A stretch of DNA of 45,600 bases, from assembly GCA_038061755.1 (NCBI GenBank), contig JBBTYN010000004.1, positions 84,373 through 129,972 of the forward strand, written 5' to 3'. Of this stretch, positions 8,895 to 17,999 are shown piece by piece. Every line of letters starts with the position of its first letter. Position 1 is the stretch's first letter. Source of the DNA: Patescibacteria group bacterium. Its GTDB lineage: Bacteria > Patescibacteriota > Minisyncoccia > Phycocordibacterales > UBA9973. A program made the position numbers and the translations under genes. The notes beneath the pieces were generated by a model. That model saw only the letters and a list, made by a program, of their open reading frames with translations. It did not search any database and was not told the DNA's origin.

Positions 8895-9248
8895 TTAAAC
8901 AAATTCTATTATTGCCATCTTGGCGCCATCTGACTTTCTAGCTCCTAATTTTAAAACTCTCGTATAACCACCTTTTTTATCAGCATATTTAGGAGCAATA
9001 ACATCAAAAAGTTTTTTAACTTCAGAACTACGGTTTGAAAGCTTTGCAATTATAAGTCTGCGCGTAGCCAAACTACCACCCTTTGCGCGAGTTACAAGCT
9101 TCTCCATAAAAGGTCGCAATTCCTTTGCCTTCGGTTCGGTTGTTTTTATTTTTTCTCGCATGATCAAATTAAGCGCTAAAGAATTTAAAAGTGCTTTCTT
9201 TTGTGTTTTATCTCTACCAAATTTTCTTATATTGTTGTGGTGTCGCAT
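8895..9248 (-). CDS. rplQ: 50S ribosomal protein L17
   Basis: MRH, IKTTEPKAKELR, GGYTRVLK, DGAKMAIIEFV. Confidence 0.98.
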   Translation of the reverse strand: MRHHNNIRKFGRDKTQKKALLNSLALNLIMREKIKTTEPKAKELRPFMEKLVTRAKGGSLATRRLIIAKLSNRSSEVKKLFDVIAPKYADKKGGYTRVLKLGARKSDGAKMAIIEFV

Positions 9249-9273
9249 ACAATTAGTGGCGTTAAGCTCGTAG

Positions 9274-10251
9274 TTATTCTTTTAAGTTCAAACCAAATTT
9301 ATTTAAAACTTTTTTAATCTCTGAAATACCTTTTTCTCCGATACCCTCAATCTCAAGTAAATCTTCTCTTTTCTTTCGAGCAAGCCCTCCAAGTGTTCGA
9401 ATATTTGCAGAAGTAAGCGCATTTAATGTTCTTGTAGAAAGATCCAAGCTATCTGTACGAGTCTTTAAAACATCAGCAAAATCACCTCCTTTTTTATCTT
9501 CTGTTTCACCCCTATCTTCTTCTTTAGAAACCTTTTTACTAATTTTAACTTCCTCTTCTGGCTCTTTAAAATCAATAATTGCTTTTAATTGATTTATCAT
9601 AATTTCAATAGAAGATGAAAGAGCTTCACGAGCAGAAAGTGTGCCATCTGTCTCGATTGAAATTCTTAAACGATTATGGTTTGTTTTATCTCCGACACGC
9701 ATATTTTCAACTTCATAAGCAACTCTACGAATTGGGGAAAAAATTGCATCAACAGCAATAGTGCCAACATCCACTTTTTCTTTTTGGAAAACTTCTTTTG
9801 AAATGAAACCTAGCCCTTTTTCGATTTTCATTTCTATATTCAAATTTACCTTGCCAGTAACTTCAACAATATGAAGTTCAGGATTTAAAATTTCTACTTG
9901 TCCGCCAGTTTTTATATCTCCCGCCAAGACATCCTTAGGTCCTTTTATAGAAAGTGTAACCATTTGAGGTTCATCGGAAATCATTTTAAAACGAGCTTTT
10001 TTCAAATTTAAAATCATTACAATAACATCTTCTTTAATTCCATCCATTGTCTGAAATTCATGACTTACTCCATCTATTTTAATAGAAGTAATGCTAGCGC
10101 CAGGAAGAGAAGAAAGGATTATCCTTCTTAAACTATTTCCAAGAGTATGGCCATATCCAGGATACAGACCATCTATTTCAAATACTCCTTTGTTGCCCTC
10201 CTCTAAAACAACACGAGGTTTTGAAGGCATAATAATTTTATATTCAGGCAT
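9274..10251 (-). CDS. rpoA: RNA polymerase alpha subunit
   Basis: GYGHTLGNSLRRIILSSLPG, HEF, DAIFSPI, alpha-CTD LSTRTLNAL. Confidence 0.99.
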   Translation of the reverse strand: MPEYKIIMPSKPRVVLEEGNKGVFEIDGLYPGYGHTLGNSLRRIILSSLPGASITSIKIDGVSHEFQTMDGIKEDVIVMILNLKKARFKMISDEPQMVTLSIKGPKDVLAGDIKTGGQVEILNPELHIVEVTGKVNLNIEMKIEKGLGFISKEVFQKEKVDVGTIAVDAIFSPIRRVAYEVENMRVGDKTNHNRLRISIETDGTLSAREALSSSIEIMINQLKAIIDFKEPEEEVKISKKVSKEEDRGETEDKKGGDFADVLKTRTDSLDLSTRTLNALTSANIRTLGGLARKKREDLLEIEGIGEKGISEIKKVLNKFGLNLKE

Positions 10252-10304
10252 AATAATTTTTTAATTAATTTGTAATAATACTTGTCCGCTTCTAGCGGAA
10301 TAAT

Positions 10305-10907
10305 TTAACGACTGTAAAATTCAAGAACGGCATTAATATTAAGAAATGTTTCAATATTTTTTGGCTTGGCTAAAATGCGTCCTTCCATATTATTTAAATC
10401 AAAACTAACCCAAGTTGGAGCTGTGTAATCTTTTAATCTATCTGTAAGATTTTCAAAAATTTTCTTTACCTTACTTCCTTCACGAATCTTTATAACATCT
10501 CCAATCTTTACTTCATAAGAAGGAACAGTTACTCGGTAATTATTTACAATAAAATGCCCATGAGAAACCATTTGTCTAGTAGCGCGACGAGAAGCGCCGA
10601 GACCCATTCGGTAGATTACATTATCAAGACGAGATTCAAGTCCTTCGTAAAGCTTTTCTGCTGTTCCAGCACCTTTAGTGCCAGAAACTTTTTTAACATA
10701 ATTAGAAAGTTGACGTTCTGATATTCCATACGAAAAACGTATCTTTTGCTTTTCGATAAGCTGCATTCCATACTCTGTAGGAGCTTTTGGACGTTTTCCT
10801 CCAGGTAAAGATTTTACGGAAACAGCTGAAAATTTGGCAGTTTGACATTTATCATAAACTCCAGGACCAAGTCTTCTACAAATTTTAAATTTTGGTTTTG
10901 ATATCAT
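10305..10907 (-). CDS. rpsD: 30S ribosomal protein S4
   Basis: YGMQLIEKQK, LESRLDNVIYRMG, RQMVSHGH, EFYSR. Start revised to 10907. Confidence 0.97.
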   Translation of the reverse strand: MISKPKFKICRRLGPGVYDKCQTAKFSAVSVKSLPGGKRPKAPTEYGMQLIEKQKIRFSYGISERQLSNYVKKVSGTKGAGTAEKLYEGLESRLDNVIYRMGLGASRRATRQMVSHGHFIVNNYRVTVPSYEVKIGDVIKIREGSKVKKIFENLTDRLKDYTAPTWVSFDLNNMEGRILAKPKNIETFLNINAVLEFYSR

Positions 10908-10914
10908 AAATTTT

Positions 10915-11373
10915 TTATACTCGTCTTGGCTTCTTAGCTTTTGGTCCATTATGAGGAACTGGTGTAGCATCTAGAACAGAAGTAATTTCTATCCCATGAG
11001 CCATAAAAGCTCTAACCGCTGGTTCACGTCCAGATCCAACCCCTAAAATAACCACATCGGCATCTTTTACACCAAGAGCTTCTGCTTTACCACCAATAAT
11101 ATCTCCTACCTTGGAAGCCGCAAATGGAGTTCCTTTTTTTGCCCCCCTAAAACCCAAACTGCCAGCACTTGACCAAAATAACGAATTGCCTAATTTATCT
11201 GAAAAAACAACCTTAGTGTTATTAAAAGTAGCTTCAATATGTAAAATTCCAGAATTAATTTTCTTTTTTGGTGTTTTTCCTGCCTGTCCGGTAGGCAGAG
11301 ATGGAACTTTTTTTACTTCTTCTATTCCAGCTTCTTCTTTTTTCACTTTTTTTGTTATTTTATCTTTTACCAT
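10915..11373 (-). CDS. rpsK: 30S ribosomal protein S11
   Basis: HIEATFNNT, SAGSLGFRGAKKGTPFAA, DATPVPHNG. Confidence 0.98.
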   Translation of the reverse strand: MVKDKITKKVKKEEAGIEEVKKVPSLPTGQAGKTPKKKINSGILHIEATFNNTKVVFSDKLGNSLFWSSAGSLGFRGAKKGTPFAASKVGDIIGGKAEALGVKDADVVILGVGSGREPAVRAFMAHGIEITSVLDATPVPHNGPKAKKPRRV

Positions 11374-11406
11374 TTTTTTATTTTAATAAACTACAAACTG
11401 TTAACC

Positions 11407-11787
11407 TTAAGTCTTACTTTCTTTTCTCTTGCCTGACGCCATTGTTTTTCTAACATTACCTCTAACTGTTCGAGAGTTTGTTTTAGTACGCTGTCCACGA
11501 ACGGGCAATCTTTTTATGTGACGTATTCCTCGATAACTTTTTATATCTTTTAATCTTTTTATATTTGCAGCTGTTTCTCTTTTTAAATTTCCTTCAATTG
11601 ATATCTTTTCCACAATGGAACGAATGCTATTCTCTTCATCTAAAGTCAAATCTTTAGCCTTTTTACCATGATCAATATTAACTTGATCCAAAATTTTACG
11701 AGCAGAAGAAATACCAATACCATAGAGACAAGTCAAACCAATCTCAAGTCTTTTTTCATTTGGCACTGTGATTCCTAATATTCTCAT
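11407..11787 (-). CDS. rpsM: 30S ribosomal protein S13
   Basis: LYGIG, YRGIRH..RLPVRGQRTKTNSRT. Confidence 0.98.
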   Translation of the reverse strand: MRILGITVPNEKRLEIGLTCLYGIGISSARKILDQVNIDHGKKAKDLTLDEENSIRSIVEKISIEGNLKRETAANIKRLKDIKSYRGIRHIKRLPVRGQRTKTNSRTVRGNVRKTMASGKRKESKT

Positions 11788-11790
11788 AAA

Positions 11791-11901
11791 TTATTGTTTT
11801 TGTTTATGTTTAGGGTTAGAACAAATAATCCTCAAATGTCTGGCTCTTTTAACCATTTTACAATTAGCACAATTTTTTTTTACTGCTGATTTTATTTTCA
11901 T
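11791..11901 (-). CDS. rpmJ: 50S ribosomal protein L36 (zinc-binding type)
   Basis: Not in the ORF track. Manual translation [36 protein letters not shown], located between infA and rpsM. Confidence 0.97.
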   Translation of the reverse strand: MKIKSAVKKNCANCKMVKRARHLRIICSNPKHKQKQ

Positions 11902-12007
11902 AACAAGATAAAAGAAAAACAAGGAAAATACCCTTATTTTTCAATACTATAACTTTTTAAAATCTATAATTAATATAATACACTATTCTTTAAAAAATTA
12001 CAACCTA

Positions 12008-12241
12008 TTACAATCTTTTGATTATTCTACCTTTTCCACCATAAGAATCAAGCACTATCTCAACTGAATCTCCAATCAAAACTTTAATTCTATGCATTCG
12101 CATTTTTCCTCCTAAATATGCTAAAATTTCTTTCTCTCCTTCTGTTTTATCTTCCATCTTTACTCTAAATAAAGTAGAGGGCAAAGCCTCAGTGACGACT
12201 CCTCTCCCTGTTACTATTTTTTCTTTTCTTGGATCACTCAT
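12008..12241 (-). CDS. infA: translation initiation factor IF-1
   Basis: GVVTEALP..FRV, GKMRMHRIKVLIGD, GRII. Start 12241 has TACAAT 6 nt upstream. Confidence 0.95.
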   Translation of the reverse strand: MSDPRKEKIVTGRGVVTEALPSTLFRVKMEDKTEGEKEILAYLGGKMRMHRIKVLIGDSVEIVLDSYGGKGRIIKRL

Positions 12242-12297
12242 GAATATATTGTATATTATAGTAAAATTAAAGACTATAGTCAAGACAATAAATAATT

Positions 12298-13542
12298 TTA
12301 TTTCGCATAATCCGTTGTTACTTTTATGTTTTTAATTTTACTAGGAAGAAATTGTATCCATGGAGGATTTAATTTTACAAGAACAGAATCAATATTTGGA
12401 TACTGTGATAAAATTTGACTAGAATCTTTTTTTGGTTTATTTAACAAATCAACAGTGAATTTATCTACGTCAAGTTTCCAAACAATTTTTACAGGTCCTG
12501 ATAAATTAAAATTTATATTTTTCACACTATCAAATAAAATACTTTCTTTACCAAAAAGAGAAAAAGTTAAATCTTTGATGTTTGGTATAAAAAGTTCACT
12601 ATTGTCATTATTTTCAATACTGTCTTTTACAATTTTTTGAGTCAGTTTCTGCTCATCAAAAATGATACCATATAAAGTGCCTGGAAGGGTTAAAACTACC
12701 GATCCATCAGTGGATATCGGGCCAACCGTAAGATTATCAGTTTTCAAGAATAAAGCATCTTTGTATAATAAAAATCCTGAAATTTGATTAGAAATTTCAT
12801 TAAAAAGCTTATTTTCTAAAATTGTTTTTAACTCTTTTCCTGTTTCTATTTTTTGTAAGTCACTAACTTGGCGAGCTTTGCCAATAATCCCACCAGTTAT
12901 ATCTCCCATTGATCTACCATAAAATTTTTCATATTTAGTCGTTCCCTTAAAACCAGATATTTTAAAATCAAGCGGAGTACTATTATAGTCTGCTCCTTCT
13001 TTTTCTGCATAAATATCAACACTGACTTGTCCAGGAGTATCATTCTTGCTCATGCCTGGAATTACAATCTTTGTTTTTGTTTTGTAAATTTTACCATTTG
13101 ATCCATCTAAACGTGTATCCACTAAAAGTGTTTGAGGAGATGAACTAAATTTATTATAAAGAATAATCGTACCTTTCGCTTTTTCATTAAAATCTTTTTC
13201 TTCCAAATTGATTGTTTTAGACGCATCTCCAGAGATATGGGTAAGTTCAAAAGATAAAATGTCAGTATTTAAATCAAGACCAGCGGACAAATTTTTATTC
13301 AAAACAATATCTTTTGTTTTTAAAACAACCGAAACTTCCGCCCTAGAAAATAAAAATGAAAATGCAAAAAAACAAAACACCATAGATACTAATGCCACAA
13401 ACCAAAGCATATATCGATATTTATTTTTAGAATACTTAATTTCCGCATCAGCTAAATACTCCATTTTTATTGGTTCTTTTTTGGGGATATACTTTTTATT
13501 ATTTTTCACCCTGACCATGTCTTCTAAGAGATGCTTGGACAT
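12298..13542 (-). CDS. membrane-anchored hypothetical protein (baseplate-J-like domain seen in CPR)
   Basis: One N-terminal TM helix; AKGTIILYN...TRL...GKIYK...VIPG...AEKEGADYN...ITGG. Family call from memory. Confidence 0.55.
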   Translation of the reverse strand: MSKHLLEDMVRVKNNKKYIPKKEPIKMEYLADAEIKYSKNKYRYMLWFVALVSMVFCFFAFSFLFSRAEVSVVLKTKDIVLNKNLSAGLDLNTDILSFELTHISGDASKTINLEEKDFNEKAKGTIILYNKFSSSPQTLLVDTRLDGSNGKIYKTKTKIVIPGMSKNDTPGQVSVDIYAEKEGADYNSTPLDFKISGFKGTTKYEKFYGRSMGDITGGIIGKARQVSDLQKIETGKELKTILENKLFNEISNQISGFLLYKDALFLKTDNLTVGPISTDGSVVLTLPGTLYGIIFDEQKLTQKIVKDSIENNDNSELFIPNIKDLTFSLFGKESILFDSVKNINFNLSGPVKIVWKLDVDKFTVDLLNKPKKDSSQILSQYPNIDSVLVKLNPPWIQFLPSKIKNIKVTTDYAK

Positions 13543-13544
13543 AA

Positions 13545-14726
13545 TTATATTGAAATTAAGAAACGATTAATATAAATAGAATCAATAATTAGGAAAGGTT
13601 CACAAAATACATTTTCTTTAAACACTGCAATTCCACGAAAAAGCTCTGATTTTAAAAAAATAATTTCAAATTTTGATTCTGTTAAAATATATTGGCTAAA
13701 TTGTTCATTTTTAATTGTTTCAGAAAAAAAATCTACTAAATCTTTATCGAGAACAATATAAATTGTTGATGGAATAGAAATATCATTTGATAAACTAGCT
13801 AAAGAATCTTGAAATTTTTTTAGCCATTCTATTCTTAATTTATTTAAAATTAATGTGAGTTTTTCAACTATAGATTCTTCTGAATGTCCATCTTTAAAAA
13901 GAGAAATAAAAGAATCAGCTTCACTCAAAGTACAACCTAAATCAAGAGCAACTCCACGTGTGAAAAAATTACGGCCAAGAGGAAAAGATGTCGACTCTCG
14001 TAAGGTATTCTTCTTTACCATAGAAATATCCGTTATTTCTCCACCAATATCTAATAAAAGAAAATTCTCTTGTTTTAAATACAAATCACGCGCTATTGTA
14101 AAAAAAGACAAAACAAAAGAAGAAAATTCTATGTGTTTTAAATGAAAATATTTACCTATTGTCTCCTCAATTTTTTTTAATACTTGTTCTCCACTAATAG
14201 AAATAAAAAGGTGCATCTTTAATTCTTTAGTTTTTTTATTTAAAGATTCAAGTGTTTCATAACCATTTAACATTATTTTAATATTTTTAAGTTCAATCAT
14301 ACGAACTCTATTATCAGAATTGCTATATTTTAAGGCATGTTCTTCTTTAAAAAATTTTATTTCTTTTTTTATTAATTCATCAGCCAATTTTTCAGTAAAC
14401 ACAAAAGGAGTATTTTTTTTAAAATTAATTATTCTCGTTTGGGAAACACACCAAGGCGAAGCTAGCACGCAAAAAATCTTGGATGGCGCCCCCAAACCTG
14501 CCTTATAAATTTTTTCAACAACAATTTCTAGCGATTTTATTGTTGATAGTAAAAAATTATCAATATCAATCTTTTCTTCTATTTTTAGAAACTCCTGAAC
14601 AGAAAAAATTATTTTAGGAATTCCAGAACTTTGCGCCTCAAAAAGCGCTCCGTCCACAGAAGAAGACCCAATATTAAAAACTAGCACTAATTCATTCTTC
14701 GTTTTATTGTTCGAAAAAATACTCAT
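13545..14726 (-). CDS. divergent actin-fold (FtsA/PilM-like) protein
   Basis: VFNIGSSSV and LLDIGGEITD phosphate-loop-like motifs. Start 14726 has TGT-TATAAT 6 nt upstream. Confidence 0.6.
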   Translation of the reverse strand: MSIFSNNKTKNELVLVFNIGSSSVDGALFEAQSSGIPKIIFSVQEFLKIEEKIDIDNFLLSTIKSLEIVVEKIYKAGLGAPSKIFCVLASPWCVSQTRIINFKKNTPFVFTEKLADELIKKEIKFFKEEHALKYSNSDNRVRMIELKNIKIMLNGYETLESLNKKTKELKMHLFISISGEQVLKKIEETIGKYFHLKHIEFSSFVLSFFTIARDLYLKQENFLLLDIGGEITDISMVKKNTLRESTSFPLGRNFFTRGVALDLGCTLSEADSFISLFKDGHSEESIVEKLTLILNKLRIEWLKKFQDSLASLSNDISIPSTIYIVLDKDLVDFFSETIKNEQFSQYILTESKFEIIFLKSELFRGIAVFKENVFCEPFLIIDSIYINRFLISI

Positions 14727-14858
14727 ACAGCAATTATAACAATAAATTAGAAATATAAACAAGTTCATTACGGTATGTTGACTTTTATTTTGATTAGTAA
14801 TATACCTATATATAGAAGTATAAATAGTATTTTGTTCTAAATTTAATAAAAAGGAGAA

Positions 14859-15101
14859 ATGGACATGATGACCATCGGAGAAGCAAATGATTTGCTAACC
14901 CCGTATCTTCAACACCCTGATTTTAAGAAACTCGAAAGTAAAACCCCAATGCTTCAGGAGCTAACAACAAAAATCCAAGAGGAAATCAAAAAAATCGACA
15001 TGAATCATCATCTATTTGGTCAGTATTTTGTCAGGATTAATGAGCAAACAGAACAACTATTTCGCGAATTTGCTACAATCTGTAAACAAAGTCTGAAATA
15101 A
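14859..15101 (+). CDS. hypothetical 80-aa helical protein in a stand-alone cassette
   Basis: SD AAGGAG directly upstream, TTGACT at 14778, hairpin 15129-15154 downstream. Confidence 0.7.
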   Translation: MDMMTIGEANDLLTPYLQHPDFKKLESKTPMLQELTTKIQEEIKKIDMNHHLFGQYFVRINEQTEQLFREFATICKQSLK

Positions 15102-15168
15102 AATTAAATAGGTCACGTAGCCATCTCGATAGTCATGGATAACACCATGGCTATTTCTTTCCAAAAAA

Positions 15169-15185
15169 ACAAGGGTTACCCTTGT
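15169..15185. repeat. REP family A, copy 1
   Basis: ACAAGGGT-T-ACCCTTGT; contains the stop codon of the adjacent RAYT. Confidence 0.85.
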
Positions 15186-15820
15186 AAAGACAACCAATCA
15201 AACAACTCTCTTTTGTGATCAATGGGAGTTTTAAAATACAAAGGAAATACATTTGTATTTATTATTTTTCTTCTTAATCCAACCTCTGTTATTAAATATT
15301 CTTGCAAACTAGAATATTTATATTCAAATACAAATTTCAATAAATCTTTAGCGAGTTTTGTAGGATTTTTTTTCCAATTTTTATCAATTAACTTAGCAGG
15401 ATTAAGATGGATATATGCGTATAAATATTTAAAATATCGATCATTGTCCATATGAGACGACTTAAAAGTACTTTCATAAAGTCTTCCCGTACGTTTATAT
15501 TTTAAATTAAAATACATAGAGTACGCAGTTAAAAGTTTGAGCATATAAGTCGAAATTCCTTTTTCAATTTTTTCGTACGCTAAAATATGAATATGGTTAG
15601 GCATAAAACAATAAGCACCTATGTCAACAATAGTTTCTCCTCTATCAAAATTTTCTTCTAAACTTTTCATTCTTATGGGCTTTTTTGTGTTACATATATA
15701 CATTAAAAAAAGAAAATATTCATAATCATACTTATCCACAAAAAGTATTCGTTTCTCTATGCCTCGAGTATATAAATGATAATATTCCCCCATTACAAAA
15801 GATATTTTTCTAGTAGCCAT
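15176..15820 (-). mobile_element. REP-associated tyrosine (Y1/HUH) transposase, RAYT 1
   Basis: YYHLYTRG, HUH motif MPNHIHIL, GRLYESTFKS, catalytic YIHLNP, YKYSS; flanked by family A palindromes. Confidence 0.9.
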
Positions 15821-15847
15821 AATTAAAGTATATTTCAAAAATCCAAA

Positions 15848-15872
15848 AATAACAAGGGTAACCCTTGTTATT
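15848..15872. repeat. REP family A, copy 2 (inverted)
   Basis: AATAACAAGGGT-A-ACCCTTGTTATT, abutting the alaS stop. Confidence 0.85.
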
Positions 15873-17515
15873 TATCTAAGCACAGCTTTAATGCGTCTAA
15901 TTCCTTGCGCTACCGCTTCTTCTTTTTGAATCTTAAAAAAACCAAGTTCGCTGGTATTCTTCACATGGGGACCACCACAGAATTCTTTGGATACGAAATT
16001 GCCTTTCTTATCTTCTATAAAATAGACAGATACAATTTCTGGATATTTGGCTCCAAATTCCATCTCAGCGCCAAACTTTTCAGCTTCCATAAGTGGCATT
16101 TCACGATAGACTACATTCAGATTTCCTTTAATTTTATCATTTACCCAATCTTCCACTTTTTTCTTTTCTTCGTCAGCCAGCTTGTGATCACAAAGAAAAT
16201 CCATACGTAAACGATCTTCGGTAATATTACTTCCCTTCTGTTTTATTTTTTTATCCACAACAGCCTGAAGTCCAGCCAAAAGCAAATGATGCGCAGTGTG
16301 CAGTCTAATTGTCTTTTCACTATGATTTGCCAGTCCACCCTTGAACATACCGGTGGAAGAAGTTTGTGATAATTTTTGATGCTCTGCCATTTTTTTATTG
16401 AAACTTTCAATATCAATAGAAATTCCTTTTTCTTTGGCCAGTTCTAGTGTGAGTTCAATTGGGAAACCGTAAGTGGTTGCCAGAACGAATGGATCGATTC
16501 CTTTTTTAAATTCTTTTAAACCTTTATTCAAAGTTTCTCTAAATTTACTTTCTTCTTTTCCAATTTCTCCCTTGTCATCAAGAATGTAGACTCCTTCATA
16601 AATCTTTTTTATTTTTTCAATTTTTTCTTTTAGTGATTCTTTTGAAAACCTAATTGCCCTGCGAATAAGTCTTCTCAAAACATATCCGCGACCTGTATTT
16701 GATGGGATAACCCCGTCTGAAACTAGAAATAACGCTGTTCTTGTATGATCAATTACTATTCTTTCTTCACGTGTTTTTTCTCCATTAAATAAATCTGTTT
16801 CGTAGTTATTTTTTTTGTTTTGTATAATTGAAATTAAGCGCTCAAATCCCATTCCTGTATCAATACCCAGTATTGGAAGTTTTGAAAGTTTTGCTTCTCC
16901 TTTATCTAATTTTTCTCGGGAACCATCACAAAAATATTCATTAAAAACTATATTCCAAATCTCAACATCTTTACCACTTGCATTCTTGCAATATATTTCA
17001 GTAGTTGGCCCACATGGACCAAAATCACCTGTGGGACCCCAAAATACATCCGCTCCATCTTCTTTTGTGTCTTTCATCCCAAGTTCTTTCCAAATGGCTT
17101 TGGATTCTTCGTCTTTTGGCACTACTCCTTCACCCTTATAAAAAGTTACGTAGGAAATTTTCAAACCAAGTTCTTTGGTAATAAATTCATGAGCGTACTC
17201 TATGGCTTCTTTTTTTCCATATCCTCCAAAACTAAAATTACCCAGCATTTCAAGAAAAGTGTGATGAGTATCGTCCCCTACTTCATCTATATCAGATGTG
17301 CGAACGCATTTTTGTACGGTTACAATATTCCTAGTCCCAAAATCTTGATCAGCACTTTCAGGATTAGTATAGTACGGCTTGAATTGCTGCATACCGGCAG
17401 TCGTAAAAAGCACCGAAGGGTCATTTTCTGGCACAAGTGAAGCCGAAGGAATTATTTTATGTCCTCGATTTTCAAAAAATTTTAGAAACTTTAATCTAAT
17501 CTCATCTGATTGCAT
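15872..17515 (-). CDS. alaS: alanine--tRNA ligase, short form lacking C-Ala
   Basis: LFTTAGMQQFK, HHTFLEMLGNFSFG, EIWNIVF, DTGMGFER; editing motifs HTAHH and CGGPH. Confidence 0.97.
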   Translation of the reverse strand: MQSDEIRLKFLKFFENRGHKIIPSASLVPENDPSVLFTTAGMQQFKPYYTNPESADQDFGTRNIVTVQKCVRTSDIDEVGDDTHHTFLEMLGNFSFGGYGKKEAIEYAHEFITKELGLKISYVTFYKGEGVVPKDEESKAIWKELGMKDTKEDGADVFWGPTGDFGPCGPTTEIYCKNASGKDVEIWNIVFNEYFCDGSREKLDKGEAKLSKLPILGIDTGMGFERLISIIQNKKNNYETDLFNGEKTREERIVIDHTRTALFLVSDGVIPSNTGRGYVLRRLIRRAIRFSKESLKEKIEKIKKIYEGVYILDDKGEIGKEESKFRETLNKGLKEFKKGIDPFVLATTYGFPIELTLELAKEKGISIDIESFNKKMAEHQKLSQTSSTGMFKGGLANHSEKTIRLHTAHHLLLAGLQAVVDKKIKQKGSNITEDRLRMDFLCDHKLADEEKKKVEDWVNDKIKGNLNVVYREMPLMEAEKFGAEMEFGAKYPEIVSVYFIEDKKGNFVSKEFCGGPHVKNTSELGFFKIQKEEAVAQGIRRIKAVLR

Positions 17516-17521
17516 ATACCT

Positions 17522-17992
17522 TTAATTCACCGGCTGATCTATTTTTTCAGAAATTTTTCTAATAGGTTTTTCAATAATATTTATTAAAATCAATATTAAA
17601 AGTACTAATACGGTAACAAGTATAGATAAACTGTAAAATCCAAAACCAGCAGCCATACCGATACCAGCAGTCACCCAAAGCCCGCCAGCTGTAGTAAGAC
17701 CTCTAAGTTGAGAACCATAAATCATTATGGAGCCAGCCCCCAAAAAACCAATACCAACCACAATTTGAGCAGGAATCATTGTTGGACTAAGACCTGGATA
17801 ATTTATATATTTTTGCACCATAGCTTCTGAAATTAATACAAAAACTGCTGAACCCAAAGAAACAAGAGCATGTGTTTTCATGCCAGCATCTTTGTGAACA
17901 AAAAATCTTTCCATTCCTACTAAAAGCCCAAGCCCTACTGCTGTCATTAATTTTAAAATTATTTCACTATTTTGTGTAAAAAATTGTTCCAT
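17522..17992 (-). CDS. MgtC/SapB family membrane protein
   Basis: GMER...AGMKTHALV, QIVVGIGFLGAG, GLTTAGGLW. Confidence 0.92.
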   Translation of the reverse strand: MEQFFTQNSEIILKLMTAVGLGLLVGMERFFVHKDAGMKTHALVSLGSAVFVLISEAMVQKYINYPGLSPTMIPAQIVVGIGFLGAGSIMIYGSQLRGLTTAGGLWVTAGIGMAAGFGFYSLSILVTVLVLLILILINIIEKPIRKISEKIDQPVN

Positions 17993-17999
17993 AAAACAA

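Noticed and set aside
10285-10299. TCCGCT-TCT-AGCGGA palindrome between rpsD and rpoA
   Set aside because: Only 6-bp arms; it could be a repeat remnant but is too short to support.
12298-13542. Baseplate-like protein as a prophage marker
   Set aside because: No other phage genes nearby; it is membrane-anchored and embedded among core genes.
15872-17515. Short AlaRS (also short IF-2 and L13) as pseudogenes
   Set aside because: Catalytic motifs are intact, and the truncations fit reduced-genome forms.
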